Origin: Yuukianura sp. NJ FZ-2021
Lineage: Eukaryota
Direction: 5' to 3'
DNA: 64,000 bases
Assembly (NCBI GenBank): GCA_046563655.1
Contig: CM102288.1
Location: 5,766,001-5,830,000, forward strand
The position numbers were made by a program, and so were the translations under genes. Below are positions 36,096 to 46,062 of the stretch, piece by piece; positions within the stretch are counted from its first letter, which is position 1, and every line of letters begins with the position of its first letter. Below the pieces are notes generated by a model. It had not been told where the DNA came from and did no database searches. It saw only the letters and a program-made list of their open reading frames with translations.

Positions 36096-36816
36096 CTACT
36101 TAATGGAACTCGGCGCCCTCCTGCTTAGCTCCACTTCGTCCATGGAAATTCCTTCCAGGAACGTGATTGGATCCACTCCTGCGTCGTCTACGTCATCAGC
36201 GCCACCTAGGCTCCGCCTCCTTGTCAATGTCCTCTGTGTATACTGCCTCCTCGGTGGATGCGGAGCCTCCGAATGGACATACTGAATATGGCACCTACGA
36301 TGGCAACAAACAGCCCTCTCAAACATTCGTTTTCTCTCAAAATAGCGTATATCACATAACCTAACCATGAAAAAGTTAACAACCTTAGATTTCCAATTGT
36401 GGAAAGTGTTTTAGAGCACCATTTGCACGTCGTCGCTCCGCGAACATGAAGTTTTTTGTGAGCAGTTAGATTCGTTCTGAGCGTAAAGCCTTTGCCGCAA
36501 ATGTCACATTTGTTTCTGGTGGAACCGGATTCGTCACCGGCCGAAGTTAAGCCAGAACTAGAACCGTCTTTTTGGAGTAAAGCTAATAGGCGGCGGTGAG
36601 ACGAAGTTGCAGACGTTCCAAGGCTGAACACACTTTGAATCTCGGGTACCGTTTCACTCTTAGCTTTTACCGACAAGTCATGCGCTGGATCCGTACCGAA
36701 CGAACCAAAACCGGTACCGGGAGATAACGGTCCGTCGACATTGAGCAGAATAGTCGGCGGAAGTTGAAAATGACTTGGGTGGAGGGGTCGCAACAAATCC
36801 TCAGAGGAATCATCAC
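36096..36816 (-). CDS. BTB gene alternative 3' module B: two C2H2 fingers (exons 36384-36816, 36096-36294)
   Basis: Phase-1 acceptor GACAG|GT; NKCDICGKGFTLRTNLTAHKKLHVRGATTCKWCSKTLSTIGNLR|CHIQYVH...SSIK*. Confidence 0.85.
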
Positions 36817-37617
36817 CTGTCAGAGGAATAGCCTCATTCAATTCCAAAACAATCAAAGGTCAAAGGTCACGTTCACACCTCCGATTGACCTGGCTAAACT
36901 ACCCGCTCAAAAACTTGTGCCTGGATGGGTCAACATAACATATAACAATCTAGCGTTGGTTTGTACACAATTTTGAAGCAATATAAGCAACAGGAGCTGT
37001 TTTTGTGAGTAACAAAGCCAACCAATCACAGTCGACAATTCCTTAGCGACATAGTGATTGGACAAGGAGTGAGGTCAAAGGTCAAGTGAGGTCAAGTGGA
37101 AGTCCTAGCTAACCCTACTCCAGACGTCAGCTATCCTCCTATACGCACTTTCTCCTTCATCGCTTAAAACTGAATCTGACATCAAGATAAGAGGCAAAGA
37201 GGCACTTAACAGCTAAAAGTAAATGGGCTTCACACCTACTCTCAACAATCAGGTTTACACAACTCATCAAAAAACACGATTACATGATGTGGTTACATGA
37301 TTACATGATGCGACTACATGATTACATAACCATGGTTACGTGTGTCTACATAGTTCCTACTGACTCTTATTCCCGTTTCGAGATTTAAAAAAAATCCTCA
37401 TCTCGGGAAAAATTTGTTTTACCCCGGAAGCGTAAACGGGCCAAACTGAATTTCTGAAAATAGAATTTTTTTTATTGAGTTTCAAAAATAAACAGGTACT
37501 TAGTGCTTTGGCTTTGGATTAAAAATTGTCAAATGTCACTTTTCAGTGACTTTGGGCCCAAAAATGAAAGTTTTTTTTTTTTTGAAATTTGTAATTAAAT
37601 TTCAAAATAAATTTTTC

Positions 37618-37826
37618 TTAGCAAAAAGTGTTGTGCGGCACTGCTTCAATGACCGTTCCGTTTTTGATTTCGTGGACTCTGCCTCTGCAGCCTAGTTTAG
37701 AGCATCTCCACACCGATTTCGATTCATTCGTCCGGTGGATGTAGTACGTCTTGCCCTGCCATGCCAAGAGACGCGCTCCACGCGAGCTCAAATGATACGT
37801 TACTCCCTGATTCCCTACGTTATTCC
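37618..37826 (-). CDS. BTB gene alternative 3' module A: FLYWCH-type zinc finger
   Basis: Phase-1 acceptor GCTAG|GG; YHLSSRGARLLAWQGKTYYIHRTNESKSVWRCSKLGCRGRVHEIKNGTVIEAVPHNTFC*. Confidence 0.8.
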
Positions 37827-38480
37827 CTAGCAACAGCAAGCAACCAAAGGTCAAAGTCAAACTCCAAATTTCACCTAACTTGACCTTAACCCCTCCAAAA
37901 CCTTCCTTCGTTAACTTCTTTTGGCATTTTTGAAGAAAAATCCGGAACCCTATACGATTGATTACATTTATGTTTTGGAAAAAAAAACGCGTGAGGACAT
38001 ATTAAATTTGTTACCGTAATCTAGTCCGAATTGCGAAATATTTCTGAATTTCCGTTTACCGCCCACAATTTGATCAAAAACAGAGCAGAATTTGTACGAA
38101 CTGCATAAGGTTTTCAATTTCAGCGCAACTTTAAAAAAATCAATTAGCACAGTTTCGTCAAAAACGATAACAATTTCTCTAAACAACCACTGTGTACTGT
38201 ATGCCATACTTGTCACCTAAAAATAAGCGTAAATTTCGTTTACACTGATTGAATTTTCTGAGTTTCTAAGTTTTCCGATCTTCTTAGTTTGTTTCTAAAA
38301 TTTTGGAGTATTTTTTTTAGCTTTTTCAGTTTTTATAAAGAGGCGTCGTTGTGTAAACCTGAGTGAGAGTGGATGGTGGGCCCATTTTGATAAAAACAGA
38401 AAGAAAAAGTAGCAAACACCAAAAAAAGAAGGAAGGTTAAGAAGTGAGCAAGGAGACAAGTGAAAAGAGCGTTTACGTAC

Positions 38481-41301
38481 CGTGAGATGAATCAGTTCCG
38501 CTCGTCACTGTTCCCGCTCCGCCGGATCCGCTCAGGAACGAACCTACAACCCATAACCAATCTCATTAACTTCCAATTCATCTAAATAAATGAACCAAAC
38601 ACCACATAGTTGACGACTGAGTAATACTGCTTTTTATTTGAACTTTTCAAAAATTTCAGTCTACAAATTCCAAATTTTGAAACGAGAACATTTTCAATTG
38701 TGAGGTATTAAAATGATGAAAATTCAACGCCTGTCAAGTATATTTTGTCTCGACGTTGCGACACATTTGCATCAATTTCCATAACTCTTGACCTTCTTCC
38801 ATCTCTGGCTTTGTGTCATTTGTCATAACTTGCCGGTTAGTACCTGTCAGTCACAAAGTTAATTTCAAGTGCGTAATTTTATAACTTTTAAAACTTTAAA
38901 TAAAAAAAAGTATAAAAAACGAGAGACAATTTCCGTTTTTGATTCAGTAAGTTAGTATATTGAGCTACCGACGTAACTCAGTCAATTTACGCGAAATTTT
39001 AAAAAAGGTATCGCGAAAAATTAAGTTTGTAGGAAGAAAAAAACTATTCAAAAAAATTTCCGTGTGCAACAGGCTTAAAAAAAATTTCCGTGTGCACTAT
39101 GCTTAACATTTCAATTTTTTGCCCGTCTCGGCGTAGGGGGATATTCAAATTCACTTTTCACAAATCAGGTTTGACAGTCACTCCTGAAACCTGATTAGTG
39201 AATAGTGAGTTAAATATTAATATAAATAATATATAATTAACAAAATATAATATAAATTAAGCATAACCGCAGATGGAAAAAGTGCGTCAACTTGTCAACC
39301 CGGTTGATAGGAAATCGCGGGACCAAAGCGGTGTATTGCTAGCGCGCCGAAGGCGCGCTAGGAAATTTTTGAAGTTGTTTAGGAAATTTTCTGGAGATTT
39401 TCCTGAATGAGGAAATTTTCTGGAGATTTTCCTAAATGAGGAAATTTTCTGGAGATTTTCCTAAATGCGGAAATTTTCTCGAGATTTTCCTAAATGAGAT
39501 TTTATGAATAAGGAAATTTTCATAAGAGATTTCCTAAATGAGGAAATTTCCTATAGAATTTTCTGTTTTCTCAGTCGAATTAGGAATTTTCCATTAAATT
39601 TCCTATTTTTATTCGAAAACGATATAGGAAATTTCCTAAAAATGACAAAATTTTTCTATAAAGATAAATTGGATAGGAAATCCCCCCTCCTTTCCAGCCC
39701 CTCAAAAAAAGAAAATTTTCTCAAACAATTTTCTTCGAAATTTCCTATGCAAACTTTCTTCGAAATTTCCTATGCAAACTTTCTTCGAAATTTCCTATGC
39801 AAATTTTCTTCGAAATTTCCTATTTTTTTTTTATTTGAAACAGAAAATTTCCTGAAATTTTTTTTGCCGAAGTAGGAAATTTTCTAAAATTTAATGTTCA
39901 ATTTCCTGTCATGCTTTATAAGTTTTAATAAGAACCGCTCTCCCGCACCCCGTGCGCCCCACACCACGCACGTATGATGTTGAGTTTGGTTGACAAAGAG
40001 AATTGCACTTTTTCCCTCTGCGACCATAACCAGTTAAAAATTAGTGCGAACTAACCCATAGTTCCTGGCTCGACGTTGCACAACAAGTCCTGCATGGAAC
40101 TGTCATTGTCCTCGGAAGACAAGTTTCCTTTGTCATCAAAGTCCTCCTCCTCCTGCTCATCCTCGTACTTGATGGCCACTTTGGGCTGAAAGCTCTCATC
40201 GGCGTCTGCGCACGAATTAAGGCCAGTGTGCGAACCTCCGTTGCTCCCAGCAAGAGTCCCTATACTATTTACTCCACTAAATGCACCAACTGAAGACAAG
40301 TCATCGTTCCCAACATCTCCCGCAACACGTTTCCGCTTTGGCGACGGAGGCCTACAAAAAAAAAACAATATCAGTTTCTAACCTCAACAAAGTTAAAAAT
40401 TCAAAAAAGCTCATCATCATAATTTTTCAAGTTTCCTCACCTTTGTACCAGATCAGGAGTTCCACTTCTGGAAGAATGTGAGAGCGAGTTATTGTGATTC
40501 TGCAAGTTCCCCGACGGCTGACTGGGAGCTCGTTTCTGTCCACACATAAATTTGATTCAATTCAATTCAACTAAATCAGGGCACAAAGCTAACCTAGCAT
40601 TTGGAAATTCCAACTTGGAATCCAAATTTCGAAAAAAAAGAAAAAAAAAGTTTCTAATTTTTCAATTTGTAGAGTTTTCATTGCATTAACCGTTCCTGGT
40701 TCGAATTGCTCTAAAAATGAAACGACTTGCTCCATCAAATCGTTTTGATTTCGTTCCAATCGCAAGATGAATGTTGTATCACATGAGAAATGAGATTTAG
40801 TTAGTTTCAATTAATTAGTTAATTCAATTGTCTAAATTGTACCTTGGCCGTTTCCTCTTTTTCGTTCACATCAGTCAGTCCTTTTATTTGCAAGAGTTCT
40901 GCTGCGGCCAGAAACGTTTGTAGTCTGTCTTGAGAGACGTTGACCTGCCCATTGTACATGAAGGTAACCACGGCTTCTAGGTCACGGAAGCTCACTCCTT
41001 TTATTATTATTATGGGATGCTTGCACGGATTTTCCTGCAATCAAAACAACAAAAATCAGCACAAAAGTTCAAACTATTTAGCAATCAGCTGACACTAAAT
41101 TTAGTCCAGTCTAACCTTAAAAGTATCACGGAAGAAGCTGGAACACGCTGCGAGCAGGATTTTGTGAGCCTTGAGTCTTTGACCATCACAGCTGAGTGTG
41201 ACATCCGTAAGCTCGTCGTCTGATCGCAAATCGTCCAAAGCAGTGACGATGTGCTGCGAGTAGTTATTCCAGCGGAGCGAAAACTGCTGCGGAGCAGCCA
41301 T
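38481..41301 (-). CDS. Common exons of a TTK-type BTB/POZ transcription factor (lola/broad/mod(mdg4) family)
   Basis: Exons 41116-41301, 40843-41034, 40441-40535, 40056-40351, 38481-38543 join in frame: MAAPQQFSLRWNNY...TDVTLSCDGQRLKAHKILLAACSSFF...NPCKHPIIII...FMYNGQVNV...AELLQIKGLT; NLS-like PSPKRKR; last common donor is phase 1. Non-coding 5' exons probably reach ~43.9 kb. Confidence 0.93.
39268..40022. mobile_element. Non-autonomous TIR element with internal satellite, in a BTB intron
   Basis: Inverted ends CGCAGATGGAAAAAGTGC / GCACTTTTTCCCTCTGCG; GC hairpin TAGCGCGCCGAAGGCGCGCTA at ~39340; tandem GAGGAAATTTTCTGGAGATTTTCCTAAAT and TTTCTTCGAAATTTCCTATGCAAAC units. TSD not resolved. Confidence 0.65.
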
Positions 41302-44300
41302 ACTTTTTGGAACTTCTGAATCCACTGGCCCAATTGAATCTGAAATATCCTGCAAGAAGTAAAAAGAAATCAATACACGAGGTTGGAATTGGCAGTCGCA
41401 AGGCGCAGTCACAATCTTCCGGTGGAGTTTGTTTTTTCTACTACTAGTATTGGCAGTAGAGCCAAAAAGAGAGAGGGGGAATTTGTGAGCAAAAGCATTT
41501 GATGAAAGTTTTGCTCCAAACCTAACCTTTATACTGTCCAATTCTCTCTTTTTGCTTAGAAGCGGGTAGAAGTTGGAGTGGAGTGGAGGGAATTGGATTT
41601 TGGGGATTGAAAAAAAGTTTTTCCAAGCAGCACAGTCAGCAGCAGCAGCAGCGTTTTACACTCAAATTCAGCCTCTTTCTTTTTTCTTATGAAAAAACTT
41701 GGCTCCAAACTCCCCTTGGCTGCTGCAAATGCTCTCAAGTTTTTACAACTTTTCTGTTCCATAGGCACTCGTTTTTTGTATAGATTTTAGATTGGCTCGT
41801 CGGAAACTGTGACTGCTTGGAACTTTTTCCTACACTTCCAAAGTTTAGAAGCGGAACGCTGCTCCAACTTGCTATAACACTCCCCAGCATATCACAACTC
41901 TCCCCAGCATATCTTATAATACACTGCCAACTTGGCAGCGCCAATAGCAATAGAAACGGGAAATTGTGATTTTACACCACCCAGCGACAGCACACAAGCA
42001 GCAATGCTATGCTCCAACCCAGCCCACTTGTAATCTTATCCACCAGGATACTGCCAATATTTCGTTTGTCAATATAACTATTACTATACTTTCACAATAC
42101 TTTTGATGCTGAAGTTACGCTGAATGCTGGAGCTTACTACGTACTTTCTACTTACGTTAGAAGCTTCTAGACTTTCAAACAATACAAAAGTGAAGTGTCA
42201 AATGCATATTTTTGGATTCAAAAATCATAAAAACAATTGTTCTGTTTAGAAAAGAAAAAGCTACAAAAAAAAGAACTAGTTGAATTGTCGTTTTTGATGT
42301 CCCAATTCAACTTTTTCGAAAGAAAACTCATACAGAAAAAAAAACTTCGAATGGAAATGGGGGGAGTAACTATTTCAGAAACTTCACTTTCAATTTACAA
42401 ATTTATATAACTAAACGCAACATAAGTTAAAAAGTTACCCCTTCCGCTTTATGCGACTTTGAATTGCGCCAAAATGTATTTCACCACATAACGTTTGTAT
42501 TTCGACCAACTTGCCTCTGTTTTAAAAACCGTAAATTCAGAAACGAAACTAACTTAAATAAAATCAAACTCTTTGAACTTGACAATTTGAAGCATAGGCA
42601 AATCAAAAACCAAAACAGCACAATGGGATTTGGTTTCCACACATACGTTTGAAGTTACTACTTCAGGCCAAGATAAATTGCTGCTGGCAGGCAACGGGAC
42701 GGAATCTATTTTGGTCTAATCCTACCCAAAACACAACGGACACTTACTAAAATTTACTCAATTTGACCCTTTGAAATTGAAAAGCTTATTTGAAAATTGT
42801 CGTTTCTACGCTTGCACGAAAGGGTCGGACGTCTGATTCCTCTCCCTTATTGCATAGTACTTATTGTAAATTACAAAATGTAAGTTGGAAATTCTACTAT
42901 AATGTATCCGGATGACGAAGTCACACTCAAAGTAGTGATAATGAACTCTTTCACTGCCGTGCCGTGTGCATAAGAAAGCCCCATATCAACGTCGCTATTC
43001 AATTGTCCACGGCACAGCCATGTCCACTTAACGATCACGCGTAATGAACGATACTTCATGTTCAATGTACCACTCAATTCCTAAAACTAATTAAAATCAA
43101 GGTTAAAAATTGCCCACAAATCCCGGTTTTTCCGTCGTTTCCCAAGTTGCAAAAATTTGAATTCTTCGCTTAGCCGAAATCACTTGCCTTTAAATACCCT
43201 AGCAGTGATTGATAACGAAATGTAAACGTACCGGAAACAGCACTATGTATTGCAAACTAATTACTACAGTAGTACAGTACAGTAGTTAGATACTATAAGC
43301 AGCGTTATAAAAACGACACACCAATTACCGATTATGGACTGACTTTATGGCGGGAGATAAGCATGCAGCATGATCGTATTTTGATGGGGTGGATCGGGGG
43401 CGGGGAGAATTAAAACTAAACCCAGCTGATTCAATTCCTTACCCAGATGATTGTAACTGATGATTGCACGGAGTGGGATTAACTCACATTTGAAGAATCA
43501 ATTAGCAATTGATTTGAACTGTGAATTTGGGATGCACGGTGTTAAAATGGCGCCTGGTGGGATACTCTGTTGAAATTGTGTAGTTGAGTGGACTATTGCT
43601 GCGAGAGGAGTGACTGTCCGAGTGGCTCCGAGTGGTTTAGCACTGCAGTGTTCCTTTGATAATTCGGAGAGACCGTGGGTGTTGGACAAGTTGTACTGGG
43701 AGCAATATGCAATGGGATCCAATACAACTTCTCCTCCTCTCCTTCCTTCCCAATTCCAAAATTATACAAAGAACTTGGGCTGCTACAAGCGAAAAATACC
43801 AAAGGCGCTTTCAGTTCAGCCCCAACAGTCTCACCAAGTCTATAGCAAGTAGCAACTGAGCAACCATCAACTATCAATCAAGGCGATCCACTACTCTAAA
43901 CCACTCCAACCGCGCAGCACGCAGCAGCACAAATTCCACCAATACTTCTTAAAAGTAATAATGCTTTTTAGTACTAGTGATTTGTTGTTCAACGAATCAC
44001 AATCTTTTCTTCCCAAATTCAAAAATAGCATCAACTCTTAAACTCTTTACACCAAACCAATGCAAAAATTGTAATTCATGAAATTCATCGAACTATCTTA
44101 TAGTGGGCTTCCATTAATCATCAATAAATGACGAATGACACAAATTATAACATTAAATTCAAACCATTGATAATTGCATTGCAATTAAGACAATAACTTT
44201 TAAATTTCTACGTGCGCAGCGTTGTCTGAGATTAATGATCATAAACGGCCGCTCAAACTTCCGGATCTTTCGTAAAGCAATGCGTTGCGTAGTTGCTAAA

Positions 44301-44957
44301 ACGTACTAATTAACGGTATTGTTTATTACTGATTATGTGCGATGCGATTCGCAGCATCAATTTATCTGACTTATCTGTAGAATAGTCGCACCCCATTGTT
44401 ATTTACCTGTTGAAGTAAGGTTTAATACAAGGAATTGTACTTTCCACTCATTTGCGTTGCACATCTCTGCCACTGCAAAGGATGGCTACACTGTGTAGAA
44501 ACTTAAGTTACCACTTTTGATTAGCCTAAGTTAAAGTGGCTACAAGAGTGACCACCACGGTGTTGCCGCCTATTGCAGCTACAAAAATGGCTGTAGTAGC
44601 TACGCTAGTAGGGTACAAAGGAACAATGAATTCTGCCGTCAACCTTGTTTTGATTGTAATTCAAAGATATTAATTAGTTAAAGTAAGGACTGAAGACTAT
44701 CATGGAACCAAGCAGTAGCCTCCCCGATCGTCATGTCTGCCTACAATTCCGGCTACACCAGATGGCAACAGTTATAGCCATTCCAACTTAGAAAACGTAC
44801 CTTAAAGTGGCAACACAAGTAGCCCTACATTATAGGCACTTATCTTACAATGATTCAACTTACAATGGTTACAATAACAGGCGTTAAGCCTTACGCCAAG
44901 CTTTTAAATGAATCATAACAAAAATTTTAGGAGAGAGAGAGAGCAATAAAATAAGTA

Positions 44958-45101
44958 CCGTAGGGTCATTTGCTAACAAGAAAAACTAGTGTCTGACTAT
45001 TCCACTGACACGTGTTTTTTCTCATTGAGCCAAAGGAGAAAAAACACGTGTCCGTGGAATAGTCCAACCCTAGTTTTTCTTGTTAGCAAATGACCCTACG
45101 G
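44958..45101. mobile_element. Fold-back MITE (near-perfect 144-bp palindrome) with TA TSD
   Basis: CCGTAGGGTCATTTGCTAACAAGAAAAACTAG...CTAGTTTTTCTTGTTAGCAAATGACCCTACGG; arms pair almost to the centre; TA on both sides. Confidence 0.92.
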
Positions 45102-45157
45102 TAAGTATACCGCTAATTTAATCGTGCAATTAATTGCTTCCGATCTGTGTCTACAGG

Positions 45158-46015
45158 ATGGTGGCTACGGAAGACCTGAGAATTGCAGTGGTTTGTTCAA
45201 GTAACATGAACAGAAGTATGGAAGCACATGCCTTTTTGGCCAAAAAGGGTTACAAAGTGGAGTCTTACGGTACGGGAGACAAGGTCAAGTTACCGGGACC
45301 AACACCAGACAAACCAAACATCTACGAATTTGGAGTTCATCTGTACGATGAAATATACCAGGATCTGGCAGCCAAGGATAAGCATATGTAAGAGATAATA
45401 TCGATACGTAGGATAAATTTTCGTTATCATAACGTTTTTTGCATTTATCTCAGGTATACGCAAAACGGCCTTCTCCATATGTTGGACAGGAACAGAAGAA
45501 TCAAACCTAAGCCAGAACGATTCCAAAATACAAATAAACAGTTCGACCTCATCATCACCTGTGAAGAACGCGTCTATGATCAATTAATAGATCGTAAGTG
45601 AAACGAAAAAGGAAAAAAAACGAAACCTAAGCCTCAATTACGATTTTGAAACGATTAATATTTCAGATTTTATATATCCTTAGATCTGGATAGCAAAATT
45701 CCAGAAGAAAACAATTCAGTTCATATTGTCAATCTAGACATTCAGGACAATCATGAGGAAGCGACCATTGGGGCCTTTATGATCTGTGACTTGGTCAATA
45801 TCGTAAGTTCAGTGCTCAAATTTAAAAGTTTATAGTAAAATACAACTTTTGTAAAGTTTCACAAGAACCTTAAGATTGTCTTAAAAGCTAAGTTGTGTGA
45901 AAATGTATTTCAGCTGTCACGAGCCGAAGACTTGGACAACGAAATTGACGAACTGTTGCTTGAGTTTGAAGCCAAAGTGAACCGCAACATCCTCCACTGC
46001 ATCCTCTTCTACTGA
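45158..46015 (+). CDS. Ssu72: RNA polymerase II CTD phosphatase Ssu72 (4 coding exons)
   Basis: [13 protein letters not shown] catalytic motif; [51 protein letters not shown]; ends LHCILFY*. Confidence 0.97.
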
Positions 46016-46062
46016 TACCGGAAACAGCAGAATCTGCTGAAATCGAGACTTTTTTTTTCACT

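Noticed and set aside
37107..37176. Possible short extra BTB terminal exon (DSVLSDEGESAYRRIADVWSRVS*)
   Set aside because: A phase-compatible acceptor exists, but the peptide is short with no domain and cannot be told from chance.
29584..38481. Proof of trans-splicing at the BTB locus
   Set aside because: All modules found are on the same strand and downstream of the common exons, so cis-splicing is sufficient; no opposite-strand finger exon was seen.
39504..39875. 123-aa ORF
   Set aside because: Translation of F/K/N-rich satellite sequence inside a transposon.
44480..44830. GTGGC(T/A)AC / GT(A/T)GCCAC motif cluster, also seen at ~9220-9335 in another divergent intergenic region
   Set aside because: Could be a shared promoter motif or a decayed repeat; too degenerate to call without statistics.
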